Position numbers and translations under genes: made by a program | IMG/VR virus record: IMGVR_UViG_3300006810_000312 | Location: 1 to 26,862 of that record | Source of the DNA: a virus | Taxonomy: Duplodnaviria > Caudoviricetes | Length of the DNA: 26,862 nucleotides | Direction: 5' to 3' (one strand) | The notes under the pieces: model-generated | Told to the model about the DNA's origin: nothing | Seen by the model: the letters and a program-made list of their open reading frames with translations, nothing else | The model's database searches: none | Shown: positions 25,037 through 26,862 of the stretch, piece after piece | How the letters are laid out: each line of letters starts with the position of its first letter | Position numbering within the stretch: position 1 is the first letter of the stretch

Positions 25037-25459
25037 ATGCCCCTCAAGTTTAGCAGTAAAGAATTGACGTTTATCCCAACTTGGGAAGGAAACAATGAAC
25101 TGTCAGAAGATGAAAGAATTGAAATATCCTATAAGCCACTAAAGGTAAAGGATGTTTTTTTTATACAAAATCTTATTGGTGATGCTAATAGGTCTAAAAT
25201 TGAAGACGAAACAATAAATAGTGAAGATTTCAATTCTTACTGGCAAATGCTTAGTGAAGTGATTACAAAGTATACATTTAACTGGAAAAATGTGACTATT
25301 GATGGTGTGTCAGAAACAGATCCAAGCAAAATAATTGAAGTTTTTACAACCAATGAAATGGAATTACTAAACGAAATATTTAATCACGTTATGGGCAACT
25401 CTACAGTTTCTGAGGAAGAGGAAAAAAACTTAGAAACGCAATCAGAGGATACTGCCTAG
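25037..25459 (+). CDS. Tail assembly chaperone (gpG-like)
   Basis: Between tube and tape measure; AAGGAG RBS; ends EEEEKNL over a slippery sequence. Confidence 0.8.
   Translation: MPLKFSSKELTFIPTWEGNNELSEDERIEISYKPLKVKDVFFIQNLIGDANRSKIEDETINSEDFNSYWQMLSEVITKYTFNWKNVTIDGVSETDPSKIIEVFTTNEMELLNEIFNHVMGNSTVSEEEEKNLETQSEDTA
25423..25429 (+). promoter_or_regulatory. -1 programmed ribosomal frameshift site A AAA AAC
   Basis: gaA AAA AAC in the gpG frame; the -1 frame is open from 25414 to 25890. Confidence 0.85.
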
Positions 25460-25890
25460 GCTTAAAGTATGATTGTAATTCTTGCATTAAAAGTGGGTTG
25501 CAAGAAGAAAGAAATTGCTTAGGAAGATATATCCCTCAAGAAGATAAAAAGGGGCTTTTCCCTCCTCATAAATTAGGTTTTGATGAGAGAGGGATGCCTC
25601 TTTACTCTTGGGAATGTCTCACATTGGCAGTAAGTGAAGATTGCTGGTCTGTTATAGATCTTTTCTGGCTTTGTCATGTTTTAATGCCGTCTTTTTCTGG
25701 CATGGCTGTAGAAAGAGTCGATTTACCAGATTCTGGTGGAGTATTAGAACAAATAAACTGGACAATGGAATGCTTTAAAATAATACTCAGTGAGTATTAT
25801 TTGTTTTCTAAAGGCAATGAAGGTGAAAGACAAAGAGAAGCAGAAAGTAAAAAGCAAGCTGAAGAAATAAAAAAGAAGTATAGCAAATAA
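25429..25890 (+). CDS. Frameshifted C-terminal extension of the tail chaperone (gpT part of gpGT)
   Basis: -1 frame reads LRNAIRGYCLGLKYDCNSCIKSGLQEERNC...LPDSGGVLEQ; no strong RBS at the track's TTG 25498. Confidence 0.8.
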   Translation, partial: LRNAIRGYCLGLKYDCNSCIKSGLQEERNCLGRYIPQEDKKGLFPPHKLGFDERGMPLYSWECLTLAVSEDCWSVIDLFWLCHVLMPSFSGMAVERVDLPDSGGVLEQINWTMECFKIILSEYYLFSKGNEGERQREAESKKQAEEIKKKYSK

Positions 25891-25915
25891 TTCGCTTTGT
25901 TATGGAGATATTAAA

Positions 25916-26862
25916 TTGAACTTTGTTACGCCTAAAAAAGAAGATAGACTATTTGGTGGAGCAAGTGTTAATGTAGGTATAGTAGTTAGGCTTACAGATG
26001 CGGCTACTAGAGGATTAAGGGGGATACGCTCTTCTATCTCCTCTTTGAGTGGTGTAGCTGGTAAAGCAACAAAGTCAGTTTTTTCTTTGCAGGGCGCAAT
26101 TGTAGGTTTGGCCGCTGGTGCGGCTACTTCTAAAATAGTTCAATATGCAGATGCTTGGGCTACTACAGCAAATAGGCTTAAGGTTGTTGGAGTTGAGGGC
26201 AGTAAAGTAGTCAATACTCAAGAACAACTTTTCAAGATTGCACAACAATCTAGAAGTCCTTTAGATGCTGTAGGTAGTCTCTATAGTAGAATAGCCATGT
26301 CTACTACTGAGCTAAATCTCTCTCAAGCAGAGATGCTTGAACTTACAGATACCATAGGTAAGTCATTCCAAGTCTCTGGTGCTAGTGCCATAGAAATGGA
26401 AGCGGCTATTATGCAGTTGGGCCAAGGTATGGCATCTGGGACTTTAAGGGGCGATGAACTCAGATCTGTCTTAGAGCAAGCACCTAGACTAGCAAGAGCT
26501 ATTGCTGAAGGTATGGGTGTTCCATTTGGACAACTTAGAAAGATAGCGTCCGAGGGCAAGATTACTTCTGCGGCATTGGTGAGAGCACTACAAAGCCAAG
26601 GAAGTCAAATTAGAGAAGAATTCGATCTTATGGAACCAACCATAGGATCGATGATGACTCAAGTAGATAATGCCTTCAGAAGAATGGTAGGCACTCTAAA
26701 TGAGCAGATTAAGTTTACTGAACCTATGAAAGGTGCAATACAATTCATAGTTGATCTGCTTACTACTAAAATACCTGCTGCATTTGCCGCTATACCAAAG
26801 CTTCTTGATATAATGTCAAGAGGATTTGATATTTTAAGTGACATTGCTAGTGAGTTTTATGA
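25916..26862 (+). CDS. Tail tape measure protein, 3'-truncated (not in ORF track)
   Basis: TTG 25916 after GGAG; YADAW...ANRLK, LFKIAQQSR and QLGQGMASGTLRGDELRSVLEQAPRLA tape-measure domain; open to the window end. Confidence 0.92.
   Translation, partial: MNFVTPKKEDRLFGGASVNVGIVVRLTDAATRGLRGIRSSISSLSGVAGKATKSVFSLQGAIVGLAAGAATSKIVQYADAWATTANRLKVVGVEGSKVVNTQEQLFKIAQQSRSPLDAVGSLYSRIAMSTTELNLSQAEMLELTDTIGKSFQVSGASAIEMEAAIMQLGQGMASGTLRGDELRSVLEQAPRLARAIAEGMGVPFGQLRKIASEGKITSAALVRALQSQGSQIREEFDLMEPTIGSMMTQVDNAFRRMVGTLNEQIKFTEPMKGAIQFIVDLLTTKIPAAFAAIPKLLDIMSRGFDILSDIASEFY

Overview
AT-rich fragment of a tailed dsDNA phage or prophage, probably siphovirus-like, with nearly all genes on the + strand. 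From left to right it has: (1) small early/accessory genes, including a truncated pyrimidine-dimer glycosylase-like gene, micro-ORFs and a tandem AbrB-like regulator; (2) a recombination/replication module with a RecT-like annealase, an origin-like intergenic region, a DUF669-like SSB, an HNH-like protein, a DUF932-like protein, UvrD/PcrA and SNF2 helicases, a ParB-N/HTH/Zn-ribbon fusion, a DnaB split by a -1 frame break, and a DUF968-like protein; (3) a ~6.5 kb glycan cassette with GT2, GT2-like, GT4, methyltransferase, a degenerate GDPD-like protein, a radical SAM/SPASM enzyme and an inverted cytidylyltransferase; (4) neck and tail genes: adaptor, virion morphogenesis protein, terminator, membrane protein, tail tube, G/GT chaperone with a -1 slippery site, and a tape measure running off the right end. 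I recognised no terminase, portal, capsid, integrase or sheath gene. The most notable points are the glycan cassette abutting the neck genes, a shared ED-x-x-x-GG/A N-terminal extension on tail tube and tape measure, a duplicated loxP-arm-like palindrome in the origin-like region, the split DnaB, and a series of long intergenic hairpins. All family calls are from motif recognition by eye, not from database searches.
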